Shown in pieces: positions 41,924-52,278 of a stretch of DNA of 64,000 nt. Where the stretch lies: assembly GCA_965218425.1 (NCBI GenBank), contig OZ244621.1:2848001-2912000 (forward strand). Reading direction: 5' to 3'. A program made the translations under genes and the position numbers. Position 1 is the stretch's first letter. Every line of letters starts with the position of its first letter. The stretch comes from an uncultured Candidatus Binatia bacterium (GTDB lineage: Bacteria; Desulfobacterota; Binatia; UBA9968; CAXXLF01). The notes below the pieces were generated by a model, which saw only the letters and a program-made list of their open reading frames with translations, did no database searches and was not told the DNA's origin.

Positions 41924-42907
41924 ATGCTCGTAGTCTCTGCACCAACCCACCATGAATATTTACCCGCTTCGGTCACTGACCTGAAAAATCCGCAAACCGA
42001 TATCCCTCGAATTGCAAAGAACCAAAAGCTGCTGAAAGAGATCGAGGCGGCGGTTAAAAAGATGCCGACGACACACCAACTAGTCCAGGGGGATGCCCGA
42101 GATTTGTCGTTTATAGAGGAGAAGTCCGTTCACCTGGTGGTCACGTCTCCACCGTACTGGGTCTTGAAGAAATACCGTGACCATAAGGATCAGCTCGGTG
42201 ATCTAAAGGATTATGACATGTTTCTCCACGAATTAGACAGGGTCTGGGAACATTGTTTCCGGGTCTTGGTGCCTGGCGGCCGATTAATTTGTGTGGTCGG
42301 CGACGTTTGCCTGTCGCGAAGAAAAAATGACGGCAGACATACCGTCGTTCCCCTTCACTCCTCGATTCAAGAGCACTGTAGAAAGATCGGCTATGACAAT
42401 CTGGCACCGATTATCTGGTACAAAATAGCCAATGCGGTGTTTGAAGCCTCTGGAAACGGAGGAGGGTTTCTAGGAAAGCCCTACGAGCCCAACGCGGTTA
42501 TCAAGAACGACATCGAATTTATCCTGATGGAACGAAAGCCGGGCGGCTATCGGAAGCCTACCGTAGCCACGAGGGTGCTTTCGGTTATCTCGGTCGAAAA
42601 CCACAAGCAGTGGTTTCAATCGATTTGGTCCGGTCTAACCGGCGCCTCGACTCGCGATCACCCGGCTCCGTATCCCGAAGAATTGGCAGAGCGCTTAGTC
42701 AGAATGTTTTCCTTCGTAGGGGATACTGTCCTCGATCCTTTTATGGGAACCGGGACCACAACGGTGGCCGCGGCAAAGTGGGGGCGGAACTCAATCAGCC
42801 TCGAGATCGACCCTCACTATTTTGAATCTGCGGAGAAAAGGATCAGGCGTTCGACGGGCTCTCTGTTCTCTAAGGCCAAAGTCACCACTGACATGAAACC
42901 AAAATAG
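41924..42907 (+). CDS. beta-class N4/N6 DNA methyltransferase
   Basis: TSPPY (motif IV) precedes HPAPYP and LDPFMGTGTT (motif I). Confidence 0.92.
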   Translation: MLVVSAPTHHEYLPASVTDLKNPQTDIPRIAKNQKLLKEIEAAVKKMPTTHQLVQGDARDLSFIEEKSVHLVVTSPPYWVLKKYRDHKDQLGDLKDYDMFLHELDRVWEHCFRVLVPGGRLICVVGDVCLSRRKNDGRHTVVPLHSSIQEHCRKIGYDNLAPIIWYKIANAVFEASGNGGGFLGKPYEPNAVIKNDIEFILMERKPGGYRKPTVATRVLSVISVENHKQWFQSIWSGLTGASTRDHPAPYPEELAERLVRMFSFVGDTVLDPFMGTGTTTVAAAKWGRNSISLEIDPHYFESAEKRIRRSTGSLFSKAKVTTDMKPK

Positions 42908-43636
42908 GTGATGGATCACGAGGATAGAGTCAAGAAAGCGGTTCGATATTTCTGGAGGATTAGAACTCAACAGCTCAAAAAACAAGGTTCAGTCAGCGGG
43001 AGGAAAGATACCGGCAATCGAAGCGCCGTCACCGGCGGCAAGCATCTCGATGGGTTCATAAATCTATTCGCGGAACTGCTTTCGGAAGCCGGCTTGCCTG
43101 ATTCCACGATTCATACCACTTCCACCACGCTCCCTGGCTACTTCAGGCCGACAAAGAACTGGGACCTCGTAGCCGTCGTAGACGGTCAATTACTAGCGTC
43201 CATTGAATTCAAAGCGCACGTTGGCCCGTCGTTTGGCAACAATTTCAACAACCGGGTTGAAGAGGCGCTCGGCAATTCTACGGATCTTCTGACCGCATAC
43301 CGGGAGGGTAAATTCAAACCATCCCAAAAGCCATGGCTCGGATGGTTTATGGTGTTGGAAGAAACCTCAAAGTCAATCTCGCCGGTTAGGGCCGACGAAC
43401 CTTATTTCGAAGTCTTTCCGGAGTTCAAGAATTCGTCCTACTCGCGACGCTATGAGCTTTTCTGCGAGCGATTACTGCGGGAACGACTGTATGACGGTGT
43501 ATGCCTGATCCTTTCCGACAAAAAGAGCGGTTTGAGGGGCCATTTTACCGAGCCAAACCCGGAACTTAGCTTCACCACCTTTGCAACCTCCTTGAGCGCC
43601 CATGCAATGGTGTATGCAAACTTACGCAATAAATAA
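42908..43636 (+). CDS. PaeR7I/XhoI-family Type II restriction endonuclease
   Basis: RSAVTGGKHLDGF, LPGYFRPTKNWD, IEFK, SFGNNFNNRVEEALG, AYREG. Confidence 0.88.
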   Translation: MMDHEDRVKKAVRYFWRIRTQQLKKQGSVSGRKDTGNRSAVTGGKHLDGFINLFAELLSEAGLPDSTIHTTSTTLPGYFRPTKNWDLVAVVDGQLLASIEFKAHVGPSFGNNFNNRVEEALGNSTDLLTAYREGKFKPSQKPWLGWFMVLEETSKSISPVRADEPYFEVFPEFKNSSYSRRYELFCERLLRERLYDGVCLILSDKKSGLRGHFTEPNPELSFTTFATSLSAHAMVYANLRNK

Positions 43637-43797
43637 AAAGCGGAACCCGTAGATTCATCACATAGGGGCATCGGGATTGGACGGCGGCACGCTAATGCGG
43701 ATTTTGACAGGCTAAAGTAAACGTAAAGTATAGTCGACCGTACTAGTCCATATTGAACATGCAAGAAGTCCAGTGAAGGTTTTCGGCATAACTGAAT

Positions 43798-44862
43798 TTG
43801 AATACCCCGGCGCATTGGAGGTGGATCGTATTAAAATCCCTGTCGCAAGAATTTGAACGGTTTGGAAAGGAGGAGTGTTATAAGTCTTGTCCCTTCTATG
43901 CGCGCCTCTCATTGGGGATTGCAGATGATCCAGAGTTACTCGCGTTGGCGGCGCATGCCCGAAAAGGCGAGAGGGCGCCCAATCTGTTCCTTGCCGCCGT
44001 GCATTTTCTGATTCTCAAGGGGGCTCAACACCCACTTTAGATATTCTACAAGAGTACTGCTCAACCTACCGACTGGGCTGAAGACCCATACCCCAATTTT
44101 CGCTTGTTTTGCCTTGAGCATATCGATCAGATCCGAACTCTGATTTCAACCCGTTCAGTCCAGACCAACGAGGTTGGGCGGTCCGTGTTGCTGCTGCCGG
44201 CATTTGTTCTGGTGTTACGTCTAGTACAGCTCCGATCGCTTCATCTCCTGGAAATCGGTGCCAGTGCCGGCTTGAACCTTCTTTGGGACCGCTACGGGTA
44301 CAACTACGGAGATGGCCCGCGATGCGGAGACGTGAACTCACCTGTCCAGATAACGTGTTCCTTGCGGGGAAAGTTGCGACCACCTCTTCTGAAATCGTTC
44401 CCAGAAATAGGGCTTCGCCTGGGAGTGGATCTCAACCCCGTTGACGTTCACGATCCTGACGCAACCCTTTGGCTTCGCGCCTTGGTCTGGCCGGGGGATA
44501 AAAGAAGGGCCGAGCTGCTGCAACAGGCCATCGAAGTGGCAAAGCAAGATCCTCCCTCACTCATGGCCGGAGATGGGGCAGAGCTTCTAGCCAGCATGCT
44601 GGAGCGTGTACCGAAAGACGGAGCCTTGTGTATCTTTCGCATGTTCACCAACCTCTCGCCAAAGGGTCGGGAGCAGTTTTCCTCTCTAATCGCTCACCAC
44701 GGATCCGAGCGGGATCTTTTTCTGGTTTCTACCTCGGGGAAGGGAAGCCACGCGGATCAGTCGGCAATTGAGCTGGTTTCGTACATCGACGGCGTCAGGT
44801 CAGAAAAGCTTCTGGCAAATTGCGAAAACCACGGCCAGTGGATCGAGTGGCTGGTCGAGTGA
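43798..44862 (+). pseudogene. DUF2332-family protein with in-frame TAG at 44038-44040
   Basis: PNLFLAAVH before the stop; VQTNEVGR, EIGASAGLNL, GVDLNP, LRALVWP after it, in the same frame. Confidence 0.8.
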
Positions 44863-45039
44863 TAGTCAAGATTGTTCTCTCTGTTCAACCCTTCAGTCCA
44901 TAGATGTTTTCAAGTTCGGATCTGAAAGTCCGGCAGTGCTCGCAGCACATTGCGAAAAGGCTGGTGAACTGGATCAAACACATGTGAGACAGATTTAAAC
45001 TACAAGGGAGGGGTCTCGTAACAACTAAATGAGTCCTCC

Positions 45040-46092
45040 ATGACCTTGTTCGCACTGAACCGGCAATTCAACTGGGCTTGCCGTCATCTCAACACAAATC
45101 TCTCCCCCAATGAGCGCCATCGACTTAGAGCCCTCCTTTTGTGCCAGCACACCAAAGACGTAAAGCTCACCCGCCGCACTTTTGACCTGAGCCGACCTAC
45201 TCTTTACCGCTGGCTCCATCGCTTTGATCCCAACAACCTCGGCCCCCTACGAGAGCGTTCCCGTAAACCTCACCGGTTCACACGGCCCCAATGGCCCCTG
45301 GCCCTCAAGCAGGCAATACTACGCTTAACAGAGCAATATCCCCGCTGGGGTAAGAACAAACTCCTCGTGCTACTTCAAAACGAAGGCTTTGAGGTCTCTG
45401 CCCCTACTGTGGGCCGTATTCTCAACTCTGTTAGGCAGCGCGGACAGCTCTTGGAGCCCAAGTTCACTAACATCTCTGCCAAAAGACGGCGCAAGCCAAG
45501 GCCCTACGCTATCGGTAAACCCAAAGACTATCAGCCCCTTTACCCTGGCGACCTGGTTCAGATCGACACCCTCGACATCGGTCCCGTGCCAGGCGTGATC
45601 CTCAAACAGTTCACTGCCCGCGATGTGGTCTCGCGCTGGGACGTACTCGAAGTTCATCGTCAAGCTAGCGCTTCCCTAGCCGCCTCGTTCATCCATACCA
45701 TCAAGGCTCGTATGCCCCTTGGCATCCGGGCCTTGCAGGTCCATGGGGGCTCAGAATTGTTCTGTGATTTTGAGACCCGCTGCCAACAACATGGCATCCG
45801 GTTGTTCGTCGTGGCGCCTAAAAGCCCTAAGCTCAATGGCGCTGTGCAACGGGCTAACCGTACTCACACCGAGGAGTTCTATGAGGTCCAACAGTGTGCT
45901 TGGACCGTTGAGGCTCTTAACCAACAACTGCTCGAATGGGAACGGACCTACAATACGGTACGGCCCCACCAGGCACTTAATGACTTAACTCCCTTGCAAT
46001 ATCTCCAAGACCGAGGCATCGTAGCCCGATACATTCGGTTGACACTTCAGGCATGCAGGAATAAACTAACCGCCAAACCACGAATTTCTTAA
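45040..46092 (+). mobile_element. IS481-like transposase (HTH plus integrase core) with degenerate DDE residues
   Basis: SRPTLYRW, RSRKP, PRWGK, PGDLVQIDT, then QVHGGSEL and NGAVQRANRT where D and E are expected, YNTVRPH. Possible left end TGT at ~44983. Confidence 0.8.
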
Positions 46093-46298
46093 AATCGATT
46101 TTATGATGAAAGGCTTGAGCGACTCATCAGGAAGGCATGAAAGCCCGGGTCAGCTCAGCTCAGCCCTGCCCCCCAATATAATTACAATATTGGATTCGGC
46201 GCTGGTCTCCAAGAGGCTAGCCGTAATTTGGCTGCGAGAACAGCTTATTACAACGGGAGTCATATTGGTATTCAAGCAAATTGAGTCAATAGTGAAGA

Positions 46299-47261
46299 AT
46301 GGCAATTAACCTCGACAAGCCGACGCAATGGAAGACTGATATTGCACAATCGGTGGACATGTATAACGACTGGTTCATGAAATTTGCGCCCCAGGCGTTT
46401 CGTACGACGCGAGTTCGGACGACGATTGATGTTGAATCAACCCTTGGCTCGACTGGTAACATGGCTAACATTCGCCCAATCATCATGCGGCAGCGTCCGG
46501 AAATCCTGCCGACTCTCCGCATGTCCACTTGTCCGCCCCTCGCTGTGGATCGCCTTGTTGGTCTCGCAGATGTTCCAACTAACTTGGTAAAGAGCATGGA
46601 AGTTGAGAAGAAGCTCCCACCGCGCATGGATCATTCAGACATCGACAGAAATTTAAATAAGATCGCTAGAATCATTCGGAAAATGGTGGATCCCGACATC
46701 TTTACTTGGATCGGACGGAATAAATAGGCGACCAAGACCGAAATTCACCGCGCTGCGACTATCGTTGCAGACCGCCTCTGCGGAGCCGTTGCAAACCCTA
46801 TCATTCGTAACGCACAGGAGAAGCGACAGCTCGCCGCGATCAAGAAATGGCTCGAAGCGCGCCGCTACAAGCAGCTAACTGCTGGCGATGGTACGCGATT
46901 TGATGCTATGAGGCCTGGCACCTTTTCCTTCCGCACGAACGTACCTGTTAAACTCGAAGGCGGCGTTCGGAGCGTAAACATTCCTATTGACGCGGTTATA
47001 ATGCCGAAGACCGTTAAGAAAGGGGCGTTCCCAATCTTCTTCGAGGCGAAATCGGCTGGGGACTTCACAAATACCAACAAGCGCCGTAAAGAAGAAGCCA
47101 TGAAGATGGCGCAGCTTCGCTCAACGTATGGAACGAAAGTGCAATTTAATCTTTTCCTCTGCGGCTACTTCGACAGTGGTTATCTCGGTTATGAAGCTGC
47201 GGAAGGCATCGATTGGGTGTGGGAACACCGCATCGATGACCTCGCCCTGTTTGGAATTTAA
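46299..47261 (+). pseudogene. XamI-family Type II restriction endonuclease with in-frame TAG at 46725-46727
   Basis: SVDMYNDWF and LRMSTCPPLAVDRL before the stop; NPIIRNAQEKRQ, IDAV, EAKSAGDFTNTNKRRKEEA, WVWEHR after it, in the same frame. Confidence 0.85.
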
Positions 47262-47263
47262 CA

Positions 47264-48865
47264 ATGGGTAATACGATCGACACCCTCGAAAAGCACCGCC
47301 TGGCACTTCAGGCCGAACTCGATGCCGGAAAGACGCAGGCCGAGAGAAACCGGCTCGGCCAGTTCGCTACGCCAACTGCTCTCGCTGTCGATATCCTTAA
47401 CTACGCGGCAACCATCCTTCCAAAAGGGGAGAGGGTGCGCTTTCTCGATCCCGCCATCGGGACGGGAGTCTTCTATTCGGCCCTTCGGAAGGTACTCCCG
47501 AAACAGAGGATTGCCGAAAGCTTCGGGTTCGAGATTGATTCCCATTACCAAAAACCCGCCTCGCAGCTTTGGGAGAAGTCTGGTCTTGCGATGAAGCTCG
47601 CTGACTTCTCGCACGAGGAGCCGTCTCCCCGTTTCAATCTCATCGTTTGTAATCCACCCTACGTGCGGCACCACCACTTGCAGAGTGGAGACAAGTCTCG
47701 TCTGCAACTTCGCATCTACAACGCAAACGGCATGAAATTCAGCGGGCTTGCCGGGCTCTATTGTTACTTTCTCGTCCTCTCGCGAGCCTGGATGGCTGAC
47801 AGCGGTATCGCCGGATGGCTTATACCAAGTGAATTCATGGACGTGAATTACGGCCAGGCCTTAAAGCGATTTCTTCTTGACAAGGTGACGCTCCTTCATA
47901 TTCACCGCTTCGATCCCAGCGATGTGCAGTTTGCAGACGCCCTTGTCTCATCGGCCGTCGTCTGGTTCAGGAACTCCCCGCCACCAAAAGATCACAAGGT
48001 GACGTTCACTTTCGGCGGCACGCTTCTTGACCCGAAGCTCTCACGCGAAGTCCCCGCGAAGGCTCTCTACCACGAGCTGAAATGGACTCGGTTCCCCGCT
48101 GCGGACATCCGTAGCACGGATGCCATCCCGACACTTGCGGACTTCTTCCAAATCAAGCGTGGCATTGCAACCGGAGATAACAAATACTTTATCCTCACCG
48201 CGGAAGCGATCCAATCACTCGGCCTTCCATCCAAACTTTTGCATCCCATACTTCCTAGCCCGCGCCATTTGCCAGACGATGAAATAATGGCTGACAAAAA
48301 CGGGCTGCCTCTGATCAAACATCAGCTTTTCCTTCTTGACACGCAGCTTTCCGAAGACGAGATCAAAAAACACTTTCCCCCCCTATTCGCATATCTCCAA
48401 GACGGTAAGTCCCGTCGTATACATGAACGCTATCTCTGCCGACATCGCAGCCCTTGGTACGCGCAGGAGAATCGCCCACCTGCCCCTCTCGTTTGTACCT
48501 ACCTCGGCCGTGGTGACGTGAAGACCGGCCGAACTTTTCGTTTTATTCTTAATCACTCGAATGCCACTGTTGCGAATGTCTATCTCGCCATGTATCCAAG
48601 GCCGAGCCTCGCGCGAGCAATAGAACGCAATTCCACACTGATCCGCCGGGTCTGGGAGCTGCTTAACCAAATCACGCCTGATCAGCTTCTTGGTGAAGGT
48701 CGTGTATATGGCGGTGGTCTTCACAAGCTCGAACCCAGCGAACTGGCAAAGGTGAACGCCACAACTATTGCCAAGTTGATCCCGGACTTCAAACTATCGC
48801 CATCCAGTAAACAGCTCGGCTTATTCTGGGGTAACGAAGAGTTGCCCGTTAACAAATCTTTATAG
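47264..48865 (+). CDS. gamma-class N6-adenine DNA methyltransferase (partner of the XamI-like nuclease)
   Basis: GQFATP, LDPAIGTG, CNPPY, RGIATG, GRVYGGGLHKLEP. Confidence 0.92.
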   Translation: MGNTIDTLEKHRLALQAELDAGKTQAERNRLGQFATPTALAVDILNYAATILPKGERVRFLDPAIGTGVFYSALRKVLPKQRIAESFGFEIDSHYQKPASQLWEKSGLAMKLADFSHEEPSPRFNLIVCNPPYVRHHHLQSGDKSRLQLRIYNANGMKFSGLAGLYCYFLVLSRAWMADSGIAGWLIPSEFMDVNYGQALKRFLLDKVTLLHIHRFDPSDVQFADALVSSAVVWFRNSPPPKDHKVTFTFGGTLLDPKLSREVPAKALYHELKWTRFPAADIRSTDAIPTLADFFQIKRGIATGDNKYFILTAEAIQSLGLPSKLLHPILPSPRHLPDDEIMADKNGLPLIKHQLFLLDTQLSEDEIKKHFPPLFAYLQDGKSRRIHERYLCRHRSPWYAQENRPPAPLVCTYLGRGDVKTGRTFRFILNHSNATVANVYLAMYPRPSLARAIERNSTLIRRVWELLNQITPDQLLGEGRVYGGGLHKLEPSELAKVNATTIAKLIPDFKLSPSSKQLGLFWGNEELPVNKSL

Positions 48866-48908
48866 CAACTGCGGGTGCTCCCGCGCCGCTAAAGGCGGAT
48901 ATTTGGCA
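48843..48908 (+). other. possible degenerate integron attC-like site
   Basis: TAAC box overlapping the gene end (PVNKSL*), TATAGC/GCTAAA inner arms, central GCGGG..CCCGC hairpin, degenerate right end TTTGGCA. Confidence 0.3.
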
Positions 48909-49174
48909 GCCAATTTCTAAAATTGTTGTCGTCAGATAACTCTACAAACTCTGCTTCGAAAATTCGAAAAAAGAATGTCTTTCCACAGTCTATCGATATG
49001 CGACTAGGTATCCTAAAAAAACCACTTGCTTCTTGCTAATGTTTTAACCTAAACGATTATTTTTAATCATGTCTTTCTGCGCAATTCCCGTTATCGTGAC
49101 GTGAGCGTTCCCATGAGTGTGAGCCGTTAACCTCCAAACATCACGCCCTTGACATTAAAAACAGGGCAGTCTAA

Positions 49175-49196
49175 TTGTCGACAGGCCTGTAGACAA
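49175..49196. promoter_or_regulatory. palindromic operator, probable GntR/FadR autoregulatory site
   Basis: TTGTCGACAGG|CCTGTAGACAA (one mismatch), between TTGACA (49149) and the GntR start. Confidence 0.65.
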
Positions 49197-49207
49197 CAGG
49201 AATTCTA

Positions 49208-49942
49208 GTGGGACAACGAAAAACAAGTCAAAATTCCAGCGGCACGCTGGTTCAACGGACCCTCGATGCTCTAATGAGCGAGATCATGAGTGGTCGGCTG
49301 AGACCCAACCAGAGGATCAGCGAGATCGCCACGGCAAAGAAGCTGGGTATCAGTCGATCCCCTGTACGAGAAGCGCTGCGCATCCTGGAGAGGGACGGTC
49401 TGGTTACCTATGAACCCGGTCGGGGTGTCACGGTTACCGACATTACACCGGAAGATGCTGACGAACTCTATCTTATCCACGGTCACCTGCTTGGTCTGGC
49501 GATGCGATTGGCGTGTCAGAAGATGACGGCCGGCGACATTAGCAAGATTGCTGGCCTGGTGAAGTCACTCGGGTCCGCAGTGGACAGTCAGGATCGACAA
49601 CGCTTCGTGGATCTACGGGCACGCCTCGAGCAGACCATTGCGGAGAAGGCTCTATCCCCCCGGCTTGCACGTCTCCTGTCTGTAATGGGTCATCCCAGCG
49701 CTCGTTACCGCGCGCTGCACGTCAATGTGCCGGGCTATATGGACGACGTCGTTAAATGCTACGAGGGGATTGCAAAGGCGTTTCACGATAGGGACGCAGA
49801 TCAAGCGGAGGAGCTCAGGTTGCGAATTGTTACTCTCGGAAGGGAGTTGTTAAGGCGGTATTTTATGACGCCGGGCGCTGCGGAGAATCTAGAAGAGCAA
49901 AGCGCAAAGGACATAGCGCAAAGCAGTCTGAGGATGAATTAA
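49208..49942 (+). CDS. GntR-family (FCD) transcriptional regulator
   Basis: LGISRSPVREAL..LERDGLV wHTH plus a helical C-domain. Confidence 0.9.
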   Translation: MGQRKTSQNSSGTLVQRTLDALMSEIMSGRLRPNQRISEIATAKKLGISRSPVREALRILERDGLVTYEPGRGVTVTDITPEDADELYLIHGHLLGLAMRLACQKMTAGDISKIAGLVKSLGSAVDSQDRQRFVDLRARLEQTIAEKALSPRLARLLSVMGHPSARYRALHVNVPGYMDDVVKCYEGIAKAFHDRDADQAEELRLRIVTLGRELLRRYFMTPGAAENLEEQSAKDIAQSSLRMN

Positions 49943-50070
49943 AGTGATAGGGTGTCGAGGGTTGGGTATAGGGAGCTGCAAATCGAAGATTGAGGGTCGA
50001 GGATAGGAGAGAGAAAGACGGCAGGCAGGAACAAAGCAAGTGCATTGCGGTAAGAGGAAAGATCAGAAAG

Positions 50071-51075
50071 ATGGCGGAGATTAATATTCAGGTTCCGGAT
50101 GTGTTTTTGACGCGGGCGTTGGTTGATGGGAGTGTCAGGGTGGAAAGGTTCCCGGTTGTGTTTAAAGGCTCGGTATTCGATCAGCGGACGTCTAGACGCC
50201 TTCGGGGGGAGGTGGAAGAGGAGTGGGCCGGGACAGAGCAGGTGCTGACGGATTACCTCGTGCGATTTGCCAAGGGGCAAGAGCCAAATCTCGTGATACT
50301 ACCCATCTTTGTTACTCGAGGAATGAACCATCGAAAGTTCGTGATGCAGCGGGGATCTCTCATGCCGAAGGACCTCGCCGGGAAAAAGGTTGGCATGGGG
50401 CGGGTTCTGGGGGCCACCAGCGTCTTCCTGCGTGGGCTTCTCGCCGATGACTACGGCGTTAGCCGTGACCAGGTGCCATGGGTGGCGGCGGAGCCCATCA
50501 CCAGCGATGGAGCTATGGGTGGCGAGTGGAAACACCTTTCGCAACGGGGTGGTGTAAGACCGCCGGAATTGATCCCTCAATTAGAAAAAGGGGAACTGGA
50601 TGCCGTGATCTATCCCGGAGGCGCAGGCGGACATTGGTTCAACTGGGCTGTTGAAGGAGGAGCAGGTAAGAGCCCCAACCCTTATGGAGACCTCGAGCAG
50701 ATGGTTAAAAATAGTTCTAATTTGTATTTTCCGGTGGGAGATGTGGAGACACAGGTCCAGTGGTTCAAGCGTTGGGAGTACTATCCCCTCTATCATTGTT
50801 TGGCCGTCCGCCGCAGGGTTGCCGAGAAAAATCCCGGTCTGTGCGCTGCGTTGGTAAGCGCCTTTAATAAAGCCGCAACTGTGGGAGTGCGTTATCTGAC
50901 CCCGGAGCAGCAAGAGCTGTTCGGTCGTGAGATAAAACTCCTGGGAGTGGATCCAAACCGAAGCGGGCTTACCCCTTTAAATGTCAAGAGCGTGGAGAAG
51001 TGTATGGATTATCTCGCAGCGGATGGATTCCTCCCGCGACGGCCCACCATGAAGGAGATTTTTCCCTTTAATTAA
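50071..51075 (+). CDS. 4,5-dihydroxyphthalate decarboxylase-like / PBP2-fold protein
   Basis: TRALVDGSV, LPIFVTR, DLAGKKVG, RGLLADDYGV, YPLYH.LAVRR. Confidence 0.65.
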   Translation: MAEINIQVPDVFLTRALVDGSVRVERFPVVFKGSVFDQRTSRRLRGEVEEEWAGTEQVLTDYLVRFAKGQEPNLVILPIFVTRGMNHRKFVMQRGSLMPKDLAGKKVGMGRVLGATSVFLRGLLADDYGVSRDQVPWVAAEPITSDGAMGGEWKHLSQRGGVRPPELIPQLEKGELDAVIYPGGAGGHWFNWAVEGGAGKSPNPYGDLEQMVKNSSNLYFPVGDVETQVQWFKRWEYYPLYHCLAVRRRVAEKNPGLCAALVSAFNKAATVGVRYLTPEQQELFGREIKLLGVDPNRSGLTPLNVKSVEKCMDYLAADGFLPRRPTMKEIFPFN

Positions 51076-51109
51076 TTCAACAATTGCGAATGAGAAGAAG
51101 GAGAGGTAA

Positions 51110-52261
51110 ATGAAAGTCTGGATTTTTGTGCGTATCGGTTATCCCAAGCGGGTCACCGGAGATTACTTGATGGCAGGGCGAAACTATGACCGCGCACTTG
51201 GCCTCGAGATCTACGACGAGGCCATGGATTTCATTCGACGGGCGGAAGAGGTGTATGGCTTCGACGGACTCTTCTTCCCGGAGCATCATGCCCGAGCGGC
51301 CAACGGTCTTTCCCCTTCGCCAAATCTTTTCGCCTCTGCGGCGGCGGTTATGACAAAAGAGATCAAAATCGGACTCATGGGAAACTGTTTACCGCTGCAT
51401 CATCCGGTTCGGCTGGGTGAAGAGCTGGCCCTGCTGGACAATCTGAGCCACGGACGGCTCGTGGTGGGGCTCACCCGTGGAGGTGATTTTTGGGCCTTTC
51501 ATATTCCAGCGTCCGAGTCCCGGGAGCGTTTCGAGGAGGGTTGGGAGATCATCCAGAAGGGGTGGCAGGCGGAGGAGCCATTCGAGCACCATGGTAAGTA
51601 CTGGGACCTGGAGTACATCGCCTTCTTGCCAAGGCCTCTGCAGCAGCCCGTCCCGGAAACGTGGATCCCGTCCATCAGCGCGGAAAGCATCGAGTGGGCT
51701 GCAAAGAACCGCGTGAGGCTGGCGGCTTCATGGTCGCCCACGGAGCAGATTCAAGAGAGTTTTGAGTATTATCGCCGTTACGCCAAGGAAAACTGCGGTT
51801 GGGAACCCGGACTGGATCATTGCGTGGTATCGCGGGATGTATACGTGGCCGAGACCAATGCGAGGGCTCGTGAAGAGGCGGAGGCACAGCTCAAAGTGGG
51901 GCCGGCTGAGGAATTCGGCGGGTCGCCGGCCAAGTACGGCCGGAGTGTGGAGGATAAGTATTTCAGTGAACGAGCCACTTCTTACAAAAAAGGCCAGCAC
52001 GTGGGTGTGATGGAAATCAAAGGCTGGTCCTATGAAGACCTGCAGGCTTCAGGGATCGCCATTTCCGGCGATCCTGATTACGTCACCGAGCAGATCCTCC
52101 ACCAGGCAAAAACACTCGGGATGAACAAAATCATGTTGCGGCCGGTCTTTGGTAGACTCCGATTGAATCAGGTGCAAAAAAGCATGGAGCTTTTGGCGAA
52201 GGAAGTAATGCCTAACTTGAAAAAGGAAGCCCCTGCCAGGGCGGCCGGGGCTTCTTCATAA
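51110..52261 (+). CDS. LLM-class (luciferase-like) flavin-dependent oxidoreductase
   Basis: FPEHH, PSPNL, PLHHPVRLGEE...LDNLSHGRL, PRPLQQP. Confidence 0.9.
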   Translation: MKVWIFVRIGYPKRVTGDYLMAGRNYDRALGLEIYDEAMDFIRRAEEVYGFDGLFFPEHHARAANGLSPSPNLFASAAAVMTKEIKIGLMGNCLPLHHPVRLGEELALLDNLSHGRLVVGLTRGGDFWAFHIPASESRERFEEGWEIIQKGWQAEEPFEHHGKYWDLEYIAFLPRPLQQPVPETWIPSISAESIEWAAKNRVRLAASWSPTEQIQESFEYYRRYAKENCGWEPGLDHCVVSRDVYVAETNARAREEAEAQLKVGPAEEFGGSPAKYGRSVEDKYFSERATSYKKGQHVGVMEIKGWSYEDLQASGIAISGDPDYVTEQILHQAKTLGMNKIMLRPVFGRLRLNQVQKSMELLAKEVMPNLKKEAPARAAGASS

Positions 52262-52278
52262 AATAATTAGGAGGTCCC

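Noticed and set aside
49945..50035. Purine-rich stretch with loose ~7-nt periodicity
   Set aside because: Too degenerate to define a repeat unit.
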